From the NCBI GenBank assembly GCA_902766095.1, contig CACXCN010000043.1:70-64069 (forward strand): a stretch of 64,000 bases of DNA. Reading direction: 5' to 3'. Shown in pieces: positions 47,736 to 56,512 of the stretch. Position numbers and translations under genes: made by a program. The first letter of the stretch is position 1; the number at the start of each line of letters is the position of its first letter. The stretch is from an uncultured Selenomonas sp. Its GTDB lineage: Bacteria > Bacillota > Negativicutes > Selenomonadales > Selenomonadaceae. The notes beneath the pieces are model-generated. The model worked only from the letters and a program-made list of their open reading frames with translations, searched no databases and was not told the DNA's origin.

Positions 47736-50243
47736 TCAGAAGCCGGTGCCGACGGTGAAGTGGACACGACCGCCATCGCTGCCGCGGCCATAGTCGATGC
47801 GCAACGGGCCGAGCGGCGTATTGAGCGACAGGCCTACACCGATGCTGCCCTTGATATTCTCTGGCGTCGCACCGCCATTCCAGGCACCGCCCCAGTCAGT
47901 GAACAGGGCGCCCTGGACCTTGCTGACGATTGGGAAGCGGTACTCGACTGTGCCGAGTATCATCTTATCGCCGCGGAACTGATCCTCGCGATAGCCGCGC
48001 AGGGTATTCTGACCGCCGATCTCGTACTGGTTGAACTCCGAGATATCGCCGTTACCGAAGCCATACTGGCCGCGCAGGGCGACGACCTGGGCATGACCGA
48101 CCTTGAAGTAGCGGTTGTCGGAAATGGTGTATTTCTGGAAATTGAAGTCACCGCCGAGCCAGCCAGCAAACTCCGCGCCGAGGCTGATGCGCGTACCGGT
48201 CGTCGGATTGTAGACATTGTCACGCGTATCGGTCACGTGCTCGTACGTGATGCTGCGTGTCGTGCCGAAGTTCTTGTGGCGCCAATCCGCATAATCATCA
48301 CCACTGCGGTCCCAGAGATAGCCGTCGTACTCCGGGCGCACGTAGGAGTCCTTGCGGTTACGGAATGTCAGATAGTTTGTCGAATATTCGCTGACCGGCC
48401 GCCCGAACTGGAACTCGCCGCCCGAGTATTTGCGCATGTATGTATCCTTGAGGTTGCCATCGGTATCGTAATCATCGTACTCATACGTACGGTTATAGAG
48501 TCGGAATGTGCCGACCGTCTCTTTCTTATCGATCCACGGATGACGATACGAGAACGTGTAGCCATGCGCATCCTCGTCATCGCCGCTCGTCTCGTAGGTG
48601 ATACTGATGGCATCGCCGGTACCGCGGAAGTTCGTATCGCCGAGACTGATGGAACCGAGCACGCCATCCTCTGACGAGTAGCCAGCACCGATGCCGAACG
48701 AGCCCGTACGTTTTTCTTTGACATCGAGTTCCATGACGACAGCATTCGGGTTGACACCCGGATTCATCTTGATATTGACATCCTCGAAGAAGCCGAGGTT
48801 ATAGACACGCTGCATCGAGCGGCGGGCCTTCTTCGAGTTGAACGGCTCCCCGACTTTCTGACGCATCTCGCGCAGGATGACGTAGTCCTTCGTCTTCGTG
48901 TTGCCCTTGATCTTGTAGCCCTCGAGGACACCCTCATTGACGGTTATGGTCAGATGACCGTCCTTATCGATATTGAGGTCTGAGACCTTCGCGAGGATGT
49001 AGCCGTCCTTGCGATACTGGCCCTGAATGGACTGCACGTCCTCCTGCAGCGTGCGGCTGTTGAGCAGGTAGCCCTTGCGCACGGTCATGAGGTTGTACAG
49101 CGTCTCATTCGTCTCGACGGTATTGCCCTTGATCGTGACCGACTGCAGGATCGGATTCTCGAGCATATGGTAGGTGATGACCACGCCCTCAGGTACGAGC
49201 TGGAATGACGGATAGAGGTCGTAGAAATAGCCCGTATTGTAGATGGCATCGCGGTCGCGGCTCAGTCCCTTCGACGTGAACATATCGCCCGTGCGCATCG
49301 TCAGGACCGATTTGGCAATGGTCTTTATATCGTCCGAAGCGCCCTCGAACACCGTATCGACGATCGTCTTGCCCTCGAACTGTTTGAGGCTGTCCGTTAT
49401 GGCATCCTCCTGCGGACGCGTCTTGGCCCAATTCTGCGTGCGCTCAGCCGTAGCCGTAGTCGTCGTCTGGTTCTGAGCGGCCTTTATCGCTGCCTCCTGT
49501 GCCGCCGCGCTCACCATCGGCTGGCTGGCAGCGGGTTGGCTGGCAGCTGGCTGGTTCGCAACAGTCGGCTGAGTGGTCGACGACTGCTCTGTCGTCTCCG
49601 TTGCCGGAGTTGCCTGAGTCTCTTCCGGCTTCGGTTCATCCGGTATGACCTTCGTCGTCAGCGGCGTCTCGCCCGGTACGACCTCAGACTCGTGGATTGT
49701 GGCCTGCTGGGCCGCTACGGCATCGGTGACCGGCGTGCTCGACTTCGAGTTCGGATCCACCTTTATCTCAGGAGTCGCCGGCTGAGCCGGAGTCGTCGCC
49801 GTGCTCGGACTGGTCGTCGCCGGTGCCTTGGCCTCCGGTGCCGAGGATGTCGTATCGCCTGGCGTCTGGCCCGCTGCCTGCTGGGCTGCTATGGCATCGG
49901 TAACCGGCGTCGCGCTGTCGGACTTTGCCGCCGGCTGAGCCTTGGTGGCTGACTTGTCAGCTGAAGCTTTGTCAGTCCCGGCCTGTCCGGCTGCTTTAGC
50001 TTTGGCTTCAGCCTCTGCCTTGGCAGCTGCAGCTTTCTCTGCCTTGGCCTTCTCCAGAGCTGCAGGATCCTGTCCTGCTGCCTGAGCCGCCGCTATAGCG
50101 TCAGTGACCGGTGTCGAGCTGGCCGCAGCCGCTGTCCCCTGCTGCGTGCCGGCCTCATCCGCATAGGACAGTCCAGGCACGGCAGCAAAGCTGGTGGCCA
50201 CAGCAACTGCATAGGCCAGATAACGATATTTCTTGCTATTCAA
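47736..50243 (-). CDS. bamA: Outer-membrane protein assembly factor BamA (Omp85), with a long low-complexity N-terminal extension
   Basis: Signal peptide KKYRYLAYAVAVATSFAAVPGLSYA. About 240 aa of Ala/Pro/Thr/Gln-rich region. Three POTRA-like repeats. Omp85 barrel ending ...VHFTVGTGF. TTG at 50243 lies 7 nt after GAGGAGG. Confidence 0.92.
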   Translation of the reverse strand: MNSKKYRYLAYAVAVATSFAAVPGLSYADEAGTQQGTAAAASSTPVTDAIAAAQAAGQDPAALEKAKAEKAAAAKAEAEAKAKAAGQAGTDKASADKSATKAQPAAKSDSATPVTDAIAAQQAAGQTPGDTTSSAPEAKAPATTSPSTATTPAQPATPEIKVDPNSKSSTPVTDAVAAQQATIHESEVVPGETPLTTKVIPDEPKPEETQATPATETTEQSSTTQPTVANQPAASQPAASQPMVSAAAQEAAIKAAQNQTTTTATAERTQNWAKTRPQEDAITDSLKQFEGKTIVDTVFEGASDDIKTIAKSVLTMRTGDMFTSKGLSRDRDAIYNTGYFYDLYPSFQLVPEGVVITYHMLENPILQSVTIKGNTVETNETLYNLMTVRKGYLLNSRTLQEDVQSIQGQYRKDGYILAKVSDLNIDKDGHLTITVNEGVLEGYKIKGNTKTKDYVILREMRQKVGEPFNSKKARRSMQRVYNLGFFEDVNIKMNPGVNPNAVVMELDVKEKRTGSFGIGAGYSSEDGVLGSISLGDTNFRGTGDAISITYETSGDDEDAHGYTFSYRHPWIDKKETVGTFRLYNRTYEYDDYDTDGNLKDTYMRKYSGGEFQFGRPVSEYSTNYLTFRNRKDSYVRPEYDGYLWDRSGDDYADWRHKNFGTTRSITYEHVTDTRDNVYNPTTGTRISLGAEFAGWLGGDFNFQKYTISDNRYFKVGHAQVVALRGQYGFGNGDISEFNQYEIGGQNTLRGYREDQFRGDKMILGTVEYRFPIVSKVQGALFTDWGGAWNGGATPENIKGSIGVGLSLNTPLGPLRIDYGRGSDGGRVHFTVGTGF

Positions 50244-50407
50244 AAGGCAAACCTCCTCAGGTCCGGGACGCAACCAGCGGCCCTGTTGAAATTCAGCTTA
50301 TTCTAGAGCAGCCTGCGCTCACTTGCTGACAAGCACAGTCTGACGCTGAAATACATCTTCACAGCGGAAAAATCCCGCTAAATCAATAATATATCACATA
50401 TTCCCCA

Positions 50408-50968
50408 TCATTGTCGAAGTATTTTTCCAGCTGACTGCATGAGCTTCTGCGTAGACTCGGCCGGCACCGCGGGCTGCGGAGCGGCCGGAGCCGGTGCTGC
50501 CACAGTCTGCGGCGGCTTCGGCTGGGCCGCCGGAGCTGGCGCGGGGGCCGGCTGCTCCGCCGGGGCCTGGCTCACTGCCGCCGGCTGCGTCTCAGCTGCC
50601 GGCGATACGGCCGCAGCCGGGCTGGCTGCCGATGGTTCGTCATCCGCCCTGGTGCCGGCTGCCGGCTGCCGGTCCATATTCACTACAGCTGCACTGCCAG
50701 CTGGCTGCTCGGCCGCTGGCGGCTTATGAGCCAGCATGACTCCTCCGACGAGAGCCACGGCCACGAGCAGAGGCAGTACCCTGCTGCCCCAGCCCTTCAG
50801 CTGCCGGCTGCGCGGACTATCCCCAGCCTGCGCCAGCTCAGCCTTGGCCAGCATGACCTTCAGATCTCCCTGTACGTCATTATCGCGGGCCAATGAATTC
50901 TCGGCCTCGCCCAGCCAATCTTTCGCAGCCCTTATATGTTCGCGCCGATCTCCGCGCCCCCTGGCCAT
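50408..50968 (-). CDS. Single-pass membrane protein with a Pro/Ala-rich extracytoplasmic region (function unknown)
   Basis: ATG at 50968 lies 8 nt after AAGGGAG. About 60 aa of charged N-terminus, a TM segment VLPLLVAVALVGGVML, then PAAEQPAG...APAPAPAAQPKPP. Confidence 0.5.
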   Translation of the reverse strand: MARGRGDRREHIRAAKDWLGEAENSLARDNDVQGDLKVMLAKAELAQAGDSPRSRQLKGWGSRVLPLLVAVALVGGVMLAHKPPAAEQPAGSAAVVNMDRQPAAGTRADDEPSAASPAAAVSPAAETQPAAVSQAPAEQPAPAPAPAAQPKPPQTVAAPAPAAPQPAVPAESTQKLMQSAGKILRQ

Positions 50969-51136
50969 CGCTCTCACTCCCTTGGCTTTACTCAATCTAT
51001 TATCTATATTCAAGGGATGTTCAATAAGAGTGGCCGGCTGTTTTTCGCCATATGCGTTCATTATTCGCATTTATAACATTTTTTTACGTTTTTTCTTGTT
51101 CTTAGCACTAATTATCTTCCATTTACACAATACGAA

Positions 51137-51157
51137 GCCTTCCCCTGAGGGGAAGGC
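51137..51157. repeat. Solo copy of the 21-bp palindrome GCCTTCCCCTGAGGGGAAGGC
   Basis: Identical to the palindromes bracketing repeat copy A. Confidence 0.85.
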
Positions 51158-51185
51158 AAAAAAAGGGGGCTGCCTGGCAGCCCCC
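51158..51185 (-). terminator. Rho-independent terminator of the sigma-factor gene
   Basis: Minus strand: GGGGGCTGCC-A-GGCAGCCCCC followed by TTTTTTT, 7 nt after the stop. Confidence 0.85.
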
Positions 51186-51191
51186 TTTGCT

Positions 51192-51818
51192 TTACCAATG
51201 TTGCATGAAGCGCGACAACATGCCGCGCACGCGGCGCACGCCGCTCTTCTGCAGACGATAGATATGCGATACGCTGACATCGAGATTGCCGGCAACATCG
51301 CTGGCCGCGGCATCATCGATATAGATGCCTTCGAGCACGGCCCGCTCCTTTTGCGGCAAACGCTCCATGGCCTGGCGGACCCGGCCGATGAGCTCATGCG
51401 TCTCCGCCTGTTCCGTCACCGGGGGACTCTGGTCCATGAGCTGGTCCTTCAGCGTCATGCCCTCAGCCTCCGCTTCCATGCAGGCCAGATCGACCCTGCC
51501 CTCACGCTGCAGGAAATTCAGCATGCGGCCGCGGATGCGGTGCACGGCGTACAGCGAGAACGCCACGCCGCGCTCATAATCATAGTGTTCGACGGCCTCG
51601 ATGAGCCCGATCGTCCCCTCCTGCACGATGTCCATGACATTGGGCAGCTTCCTATAGGGCAGCGCCTGCTTGAATACGAGCGGCTGATACGATTCGATGA
51701 TGAGCCGTCGGGCCTGGGTATCCCCTTGCTCCTTGTAGGACTGCCAGAGCTCGGCCTCCTGCTCAGCCTCAAGCGTCTTCACCTGGCGCAGCTCCTGCAT
51801 ATATTCCTCGAACTGCAT
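51192..51818 (-). CDS. Sigma-70 family sigma factor (group 3-like)
   Basis: Region 2: DIVQEGTIGLIEAVEHYDYERGVAFSLYAVHRIRGRM. Region 4: ERAVLEGIYIDDAAASDVAGNLDVSVSHIYRLQKSGVRRVR. ATG at 51818 lies 8 nt after GGAGG. Confidence 0.85.
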   Translation of the reverse strand: MQFEEYMQELRQVKTLEAEQEAELWQSYKEQGDTQARRLIIESYQPLVFKQALPYRKLPNVMDIVQEGTIGLIEAVEHYDYERGVAFSLYAVHRIRGRMLNFLQREGRVDLACMEAEAEGMTLKDQLMDQSPPVTEQAETHELIGRVRQAMERLPQKERAVLEGIYIDDAAASDVAGNLDVSVSHIYRLQKSGVRRVRGMLSRFMQHW

Positions 51819-51975
51819 GCGGCTCACCTCCTTCCCGCTTTGTCTGATTATACGGTCTGCAGCTTAGTTGCGGCTTAGAGCCACATGCTGTCTGCATATA
51901 AATACTCCGACAAGCCGATTATTTCGCAATTAATATATCCCGGCTAATATAGCGCATTTTGTCCTGTTTGTCAAA

Positions 51976-54900
51976 TCAGAACGATATGCGGGCCTCGACG
52001 CCGAAGCGTACATTGCCGCTCTCATTCTCGAGCGTCAGGCTGTAGCGGTCATTCGCATCGTATTGCACCCCATAGCGATTGACACTGCTCGCTCCTATGC
52101 CGCGCGTGTATTTCAGCATCACTTTGTCCGAGACGAATTTACCCATCTCGACGTTGTATTCATCACGGTCATGCTCCTCGGATAGTTCTTTGGTGGATAT
52201 GGAGCCCGAACCGCGCGCTATCGTGAAGGAATCGAGGAAGAACAGGTTGCGGACGACATCCTCGACCTCGGACAACAAGCTCATCTGCAGGCCGACCGCC
52301 AGCAGGTCACCGGCGTCGAGATTCGTCTGACCGTTCTTATAGGCATTACGCAGCGTCAGCAGCTGGATGATCTGCGTCTGACTCATCTTCGGCTCCGAGG
52401 TCAGATGGAATTCGATATTGTCGAGCGGGCCGCGCAGCTCGAGCCGCACCCTGGCCTGCGTCAGGCGCGTATCCGCCACGAAATTCAGGCTCGGCAGGAA
52501 CGAATCGACCTGATTGAACGTCGCGACGCCCTCGCGTATCTTAAACACCGTCTTCAGATAGTTCACCGTGCCGCCACGCTGGACCGCGATGCTGCCGTAC
52601 GTCTGCGGATGACGCGTCGTGCCCCCGAAATGTGCCTGTCCCGCCAAATACAAATCGTAAAGCATGGAGTTGTAGAAATGGACTTTCCTGCCCACATTGA
52701 GATTGACATCCAGCAGGATATCCGGCAGCTCGCCATCACTGTCCGGAATGCTCGGTATGCTCACGAGACAGTCGTGGAAATCGAGCGTACCACTGAGCTT
52801 CGGTATCGAATGGCCGAATATCTCGGCATTCTTCAACTCGAAATCTGCATTCAGCGGTCCGTTGAAGAAATCGCTCTCGATGCCGAGCTTGTTGCTCGTC
52901 AGTTTCAGGTCGTACTGCTGCGGGGTGATTCCGTCGAGCGTGATATCGCCACTGGCCGTGATATCGCCACCGCCCATGCGGCCGCAGCATTTCTCGATAT
53001 TGATATGATTGCCATTGAAGTTGATCTTGACTGCCATATCCGTCAGCGGCTGCTTCAGCTCTTTGATCTTCAAGGCCCCCTCGGGGATGCTGATCGAGCC
53101 ATTGAGCATCGGATGAGCCAGCGTACCGGATATGAGCAGCTGGCCGGTCGTCGCCCCCACGGCCCAGTCGAAATGACTCGACAGCTGGGGCAGCAGCGAG
53201 AGATCTGCCTGGCTCAGATCGACGGTCAGATGAATCTGATCGTAGTCGTCGAGCCGCGTGTCATGCTGCTCGACGAGCGCCCGCAGCGGCACGATACCAC
53301 TAGCGCTAGCCTTGTATGTCTTGCCCGACACTGCCTTGGCAACCTCGAGCTGATCGACGCTGATCGAACCATTCTGCAGATGCAGTACGCCGATCGCCGT
53401 ATCGAACGTCGATCCCTGCACGCCGCCGTTATGGCCGTTGATCGTCATATCGACCGTCGGATTGCTGATGGTACCACCAGCCACGGCCTCGACATCGGCC
53501 GTGCCGATGACCTCGGCATCGAGCCCGGCAGCTTTCGTGAACATGCCGACCGCTATATCAGAGGCCTGCAGCTTCATATCGAGCGGGCCGGTGAACGTCG
53601 AGCCGATCCCCTGGTCGTCCAGCGGAGCAGTGCGATGCAGGTCCATCGTACCGCTGGCCTGGAATACGCCCTTGTCTCCCTGCTGGCCGGCCAGTTTGTT
53701 GACATACAGGATCTTATTCAGAAGCTGCATGTCGATGGCCACGCCATGGACATCATAGCCTGCTACCGTCCCCTGCGGTATCTCGCCCTGCAGGGCAGCC
53801 GTCGGGTTATCCAGCGAGCCGCTTAGCTCGACGCCGGCGGAGAGCTGGCCCTTCACGACATCGTTCTTGGCATTCAGCAGGGCCGTCAGCACATTGATAT
53901 CCGCTTTCTGCAGGACGACATTGCCCTCGATGGCGTGCGTGCCGGCATTGACCGTGACGGCCATATCGAGCGAGCCCTCCCCCTGCTGGCAGCCGAAGTC
54001 CTCGCAGGATACCATGCCGCCCGCGTATTTGACGCGGCCGTGGATATTCGTGAGCTTCTGGTCGTTGAATATGAGCTCCGGGGCATCGAGCGTACCGTCG
54101 AAGGTGGGCGCTGTTATATTGCCGCCGATATCGCCATGGAACGTCCCGTGGCCCGATACTTCGTAGGGCAGCTTGTGCTTGATGCGCTCCATGTCGATAT
54201 CATTGGCCTCGACGACCATTTTCAGATTGCGCTGGCGGTCGATCGTGCCGTTCAGCACCATATCGACCATCGGTGAGTAGACATGGAAATCCTGCAGTCG
54301 CAGGATGCCGTTATCGAGGAAATAGTCGCCATCCATACCGGAGAGCAGCACGCCCATATAGCTGCCGCGATAGAAATGGATGTAGCCGACCATGGACGGA
54401 TCATCGAGCGTCCCCGTGATCTTTATGATATTGTCCACATTACCAGTCAGCGGCTGGTCAGGGGCGATGAGCGCTGCTATGTCTTCCATGCGGGCGCCCA
54501 TGGTATTGATTTCGAGATTGACCTTTTTCTCGCCCGTGAAACCGGCATAGCCCTCGACGCGCCATACTTCGCGACCGTCTTTCTCCATGAGGAACGACTG
54601 GATGCCGATGCCGTCGAGACTGCCGTCCGCCGTGAAGGCCAGCGTATCGAACGGCTGCTTGAACACCTGGCCATGAAGGCCGGAGAACTTCAGATCGACA
54701 TGCGGATTGGCAGCATCGCCATGCACCTCGCCCTGGAAGTCGGCCAGGCCGCTCATATCGAGCTGCGGATAGAGCTGGCTCAGCAGCGAGAGGTCGACAT
54801 GACCGCCATAAAAGGCCAGGTCGAGCCGCCGGCCGCCCCGCATGGCTTCGATGCTGCCCTCGAGCCCCAGATTCGTATGATTCGGCAGGCGGGCCGAAAG

Positions 54901-56412
54901 ATAGTCGATGGTCAGGTCATCATCTGCCAGATAGAACGATGTCGACAGACTCTCTACCGCCAGCCCCAGGTACGAACCGTTCACGAGATTCGCGCTGCCA
55001 AAGGCCTCGAGGCCTGCCGCCGAGAGTCCCTGTCCCTGCAGGCCGACATCACCGGAAATACTGCCCGAGACCAGGCCATCATAGCCTGCGAGACCGGCGA
55101 TATTGCCGGCCGCAAGGTCATGGAAACGCACATGGCCGCTGTACGATACATCATCGACTCCCGTGGGCTCGCCACCGCCAAGCCCCAGCGGCCGCAGATC
55201 AGCCGAGAGCTCGCCCTGGACGCTGCCGCCCAGGACCCCTGCCCGCAGCTCGGTGGCATAGGCATAGCCATCTACGAGCCGCAATCTGGCATGAGCATCC
55301 GCCAGTGCCACCTCATGACCGCCGGCTCGCACGGTCCCTTGGGGTATGTTGACCTCACCGGTCAGGCTCGGATTCGTGAACGTGCCACGCACCTCGGCCG
55401 TGCCACTCAGTGTACCGGTGAAATAGTCGGACACCTGCGGCAGTACCTGGGACGGATCGAAGCCATCCGTACGCACGCGCAGATCCATATAGGGCGTGCC
55501 ATCAGCCCAGCTCAGGCTGCCGGTCACGCTGGCCGGCTGATCATTGGCAGCCGCCTTGATATCGAGCAGCACGCTTTTCTCATTGAATGAGGCATAACCG
55601 GCGATATCGGCGACATCGATGCCCTGGACCCCCACTGCTCCCTCTGAGAAATCAGCTGTACCGCTGAACGACAGATTATCGCCGCGCCGCAGCACCGAGG
55701 CCTGAGCCTGCTCGATATGGCCCTGCTTCAGCTCGACACTGTCCGGTATCAGGCCCTCGGGCACGAGGTACAGGTAGTCGGCGAGTTCCGCGTTCTGCAG
55801 CTTCACCTCGACGATCTGCCGGTCCGAGCGCAATGTGCCCTCGACATCGGCCTCGGCCTCGCCGTGATGTGCCTGCGCTTTGACTTTCAGCACGGGATAA
55901 TCGGCAAAATCGAGCTGGCCGCTCACATCGTCGAGCGTCAGTTGCTTGCCGCGCATCTCGCCCGTCACGGTGGCATCCTCGATATCGACGCGGCCGCGGA
56001 ACTCGTTCTGACTGCTCGCATCCGTCTGGATATCGTTGAAATTCCAGCTGCCATCATCGCGCTGCTTCAGATTGGCCGTCACGCCGCGCAGCTGCACCTG
56101 ATCGACCATGCGGGCCGAAGGCTGGCTGAACGCAGAAAGCAGGCTGAAGTGCACGCGCGCCTCATCAACGCGCGCTATGCACTCAGCCTGCTTATCGTAT
56201 ATGGCTGCGTTATCTATCTTCAGCTCATGGAGGGACAGGACCTCTATGGAGCCGACATCTACGGGTACGCCGAGCGATTCGGCAGCCATATCGGCCGCCT
56301 GGCTGCTGACGAGGGCAGCAAAGGACTCAGACCGGGCATAATACCACAGAGCGCCTGCGGCCACACTGACAGCGACGATGATGGCGATTATCGCGATCCA
56401 GATCCTGCGCAT
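51976..56412 (-). CDS. tamB: Translocation and assembly module protein TamB (AsmA-like, DUF490 C-terminus)
   Basis: N-terminal TM anchor, about 1450 aa of repetitive beta-rich sequence, and a C-terminal DUF490-like region ending ...RFGVEARISF. ATG at 56412 after GGTGGGA. Confidence 0.88.
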   Translation of the reverse strand: MRRIWIAIIAIIVAVSVAAGALWYYARSESFAALVSSQAADMAAESLGVPVDVGSIEVLSLHELKIDNAAIYDKQAECIARVDEARVHFSLLSAFSQPSARMVDQVQLRGVTANLKQRDDGSWNFNDIQTDASSQNEFRGRVDIEDATVTGEMRGKQLTLDDVSGQLDFADYPVLKVKAQAHHGEAEADVEGTLRSDRQIVEVKLQNAELADYLYLVPEGLIPDSVELKQGHIEQAQASVLRRGDNLSFSGTADFSEGAVGVQGIDVADIAGYASFNEKSVLLDIKAAANDQPASVTGSLSWADGTPYMDLRVRTDGFDPSQVLPQVSDYFTGTLSGTAEVRGTFTNPSLTGEVNIPQGTVRAGGHEVALADAHARLRLVDGYAYATELRAGVLGGSVQGELSADLRPLGLGGGEPTGVDDVSYSGHVRFHDLAAGNIAGLAGYDGLVSGSISGDVGLQGQGLSAAGLEAFGSANLVNGSYLGLAVESLSTSFYLADDDLTIDYLSARLPNHTNLGLEGSIEAMRGGRRLDLAFYGGHVDLSLLSQLYPQLDMSGLADFQGEVHGDAANPHVDLKFSGLHGQVFKQPFDTLAFTADGSLDGIGIQSFLMEKDGREVWRVEGYAGFTGEKKVNLEINTMGARMEDIAALIAPDQPLTGNVDNIIKITGTLDDPSMVGYIHFYRGSYMGVLLSGMDGDYFLDNGILRLQDFHVYSPMVDMVLNGTIDRQRNLKMVVEANDIDMERIKHKLPYEVSGHGTFHGDIGGNITAPTFDGTLDAPELIFNDQKLTNIHGRVKYAGGMVSCEDFGCQQGEGSLDMAVTVNAGTHAIEGNVVLQKADINVLTALLNAKNDVVKGQLSAGVELSGSLDNPTAALQGEIPQGTVAGYDVHGVAIDMQLLNKILYVNKLAGQQGDKGVFQASGTMDLHRTAPLDDQGIGSTFTGPLDMKLQASDIAVGMFTKAAGLDAEVIGTADVEAVAGGTISNPTVDMTINGHNGGVQGSTFDTAIGVLHLQNGSISVDQLEVAKAVSGKTYKASASGIVPLRALVEQHDTRLDDYDQIHLTVDLSQADLSLLPQLSSHFDWAVGATTGQLLISGTLAHPMLNGSISIPEGALKIKELKQPLTDMAVKINFNGNHINIEKCCGRMGGGDITASGDITLDGITPQQYDLKLTSNKLGIESDFFNGPLNADFELKNAEIFGHSIPKLSGTLDFHDCLVSIPSIPDSDGELPDILLDVNLNVGRKVHFYNSMLYDLYLAGQAHFGGTTRHPQTYGSIAVQRGGTVNYLKTVFKIREGVATFNQVDSFLPSLNFVADTRLTQARVRLELRGPLDNIEFHLTSEPKMSQTQIIQLLTLRNAYKNGQTNLDAGDLLAVGLQMSLLSEVEDVVRNLFFLDSFTIARGSGSISTKELSEEHDRDEYNVEMGKFVSDKVMLKYTRGIGASSVNRYGVQYDANDRYSLTLENESGNVRFGVEARISF

Positions 56413-56512
56413 CTCATATCCCACCCATTATGCTGTTGCTCAGCAGAAATAGTCCCTGCCCTTCCCTGTTCAGCAGAAGTCACATCTCTGATAGCGCTAT
56501 AGCGTTATTTCA

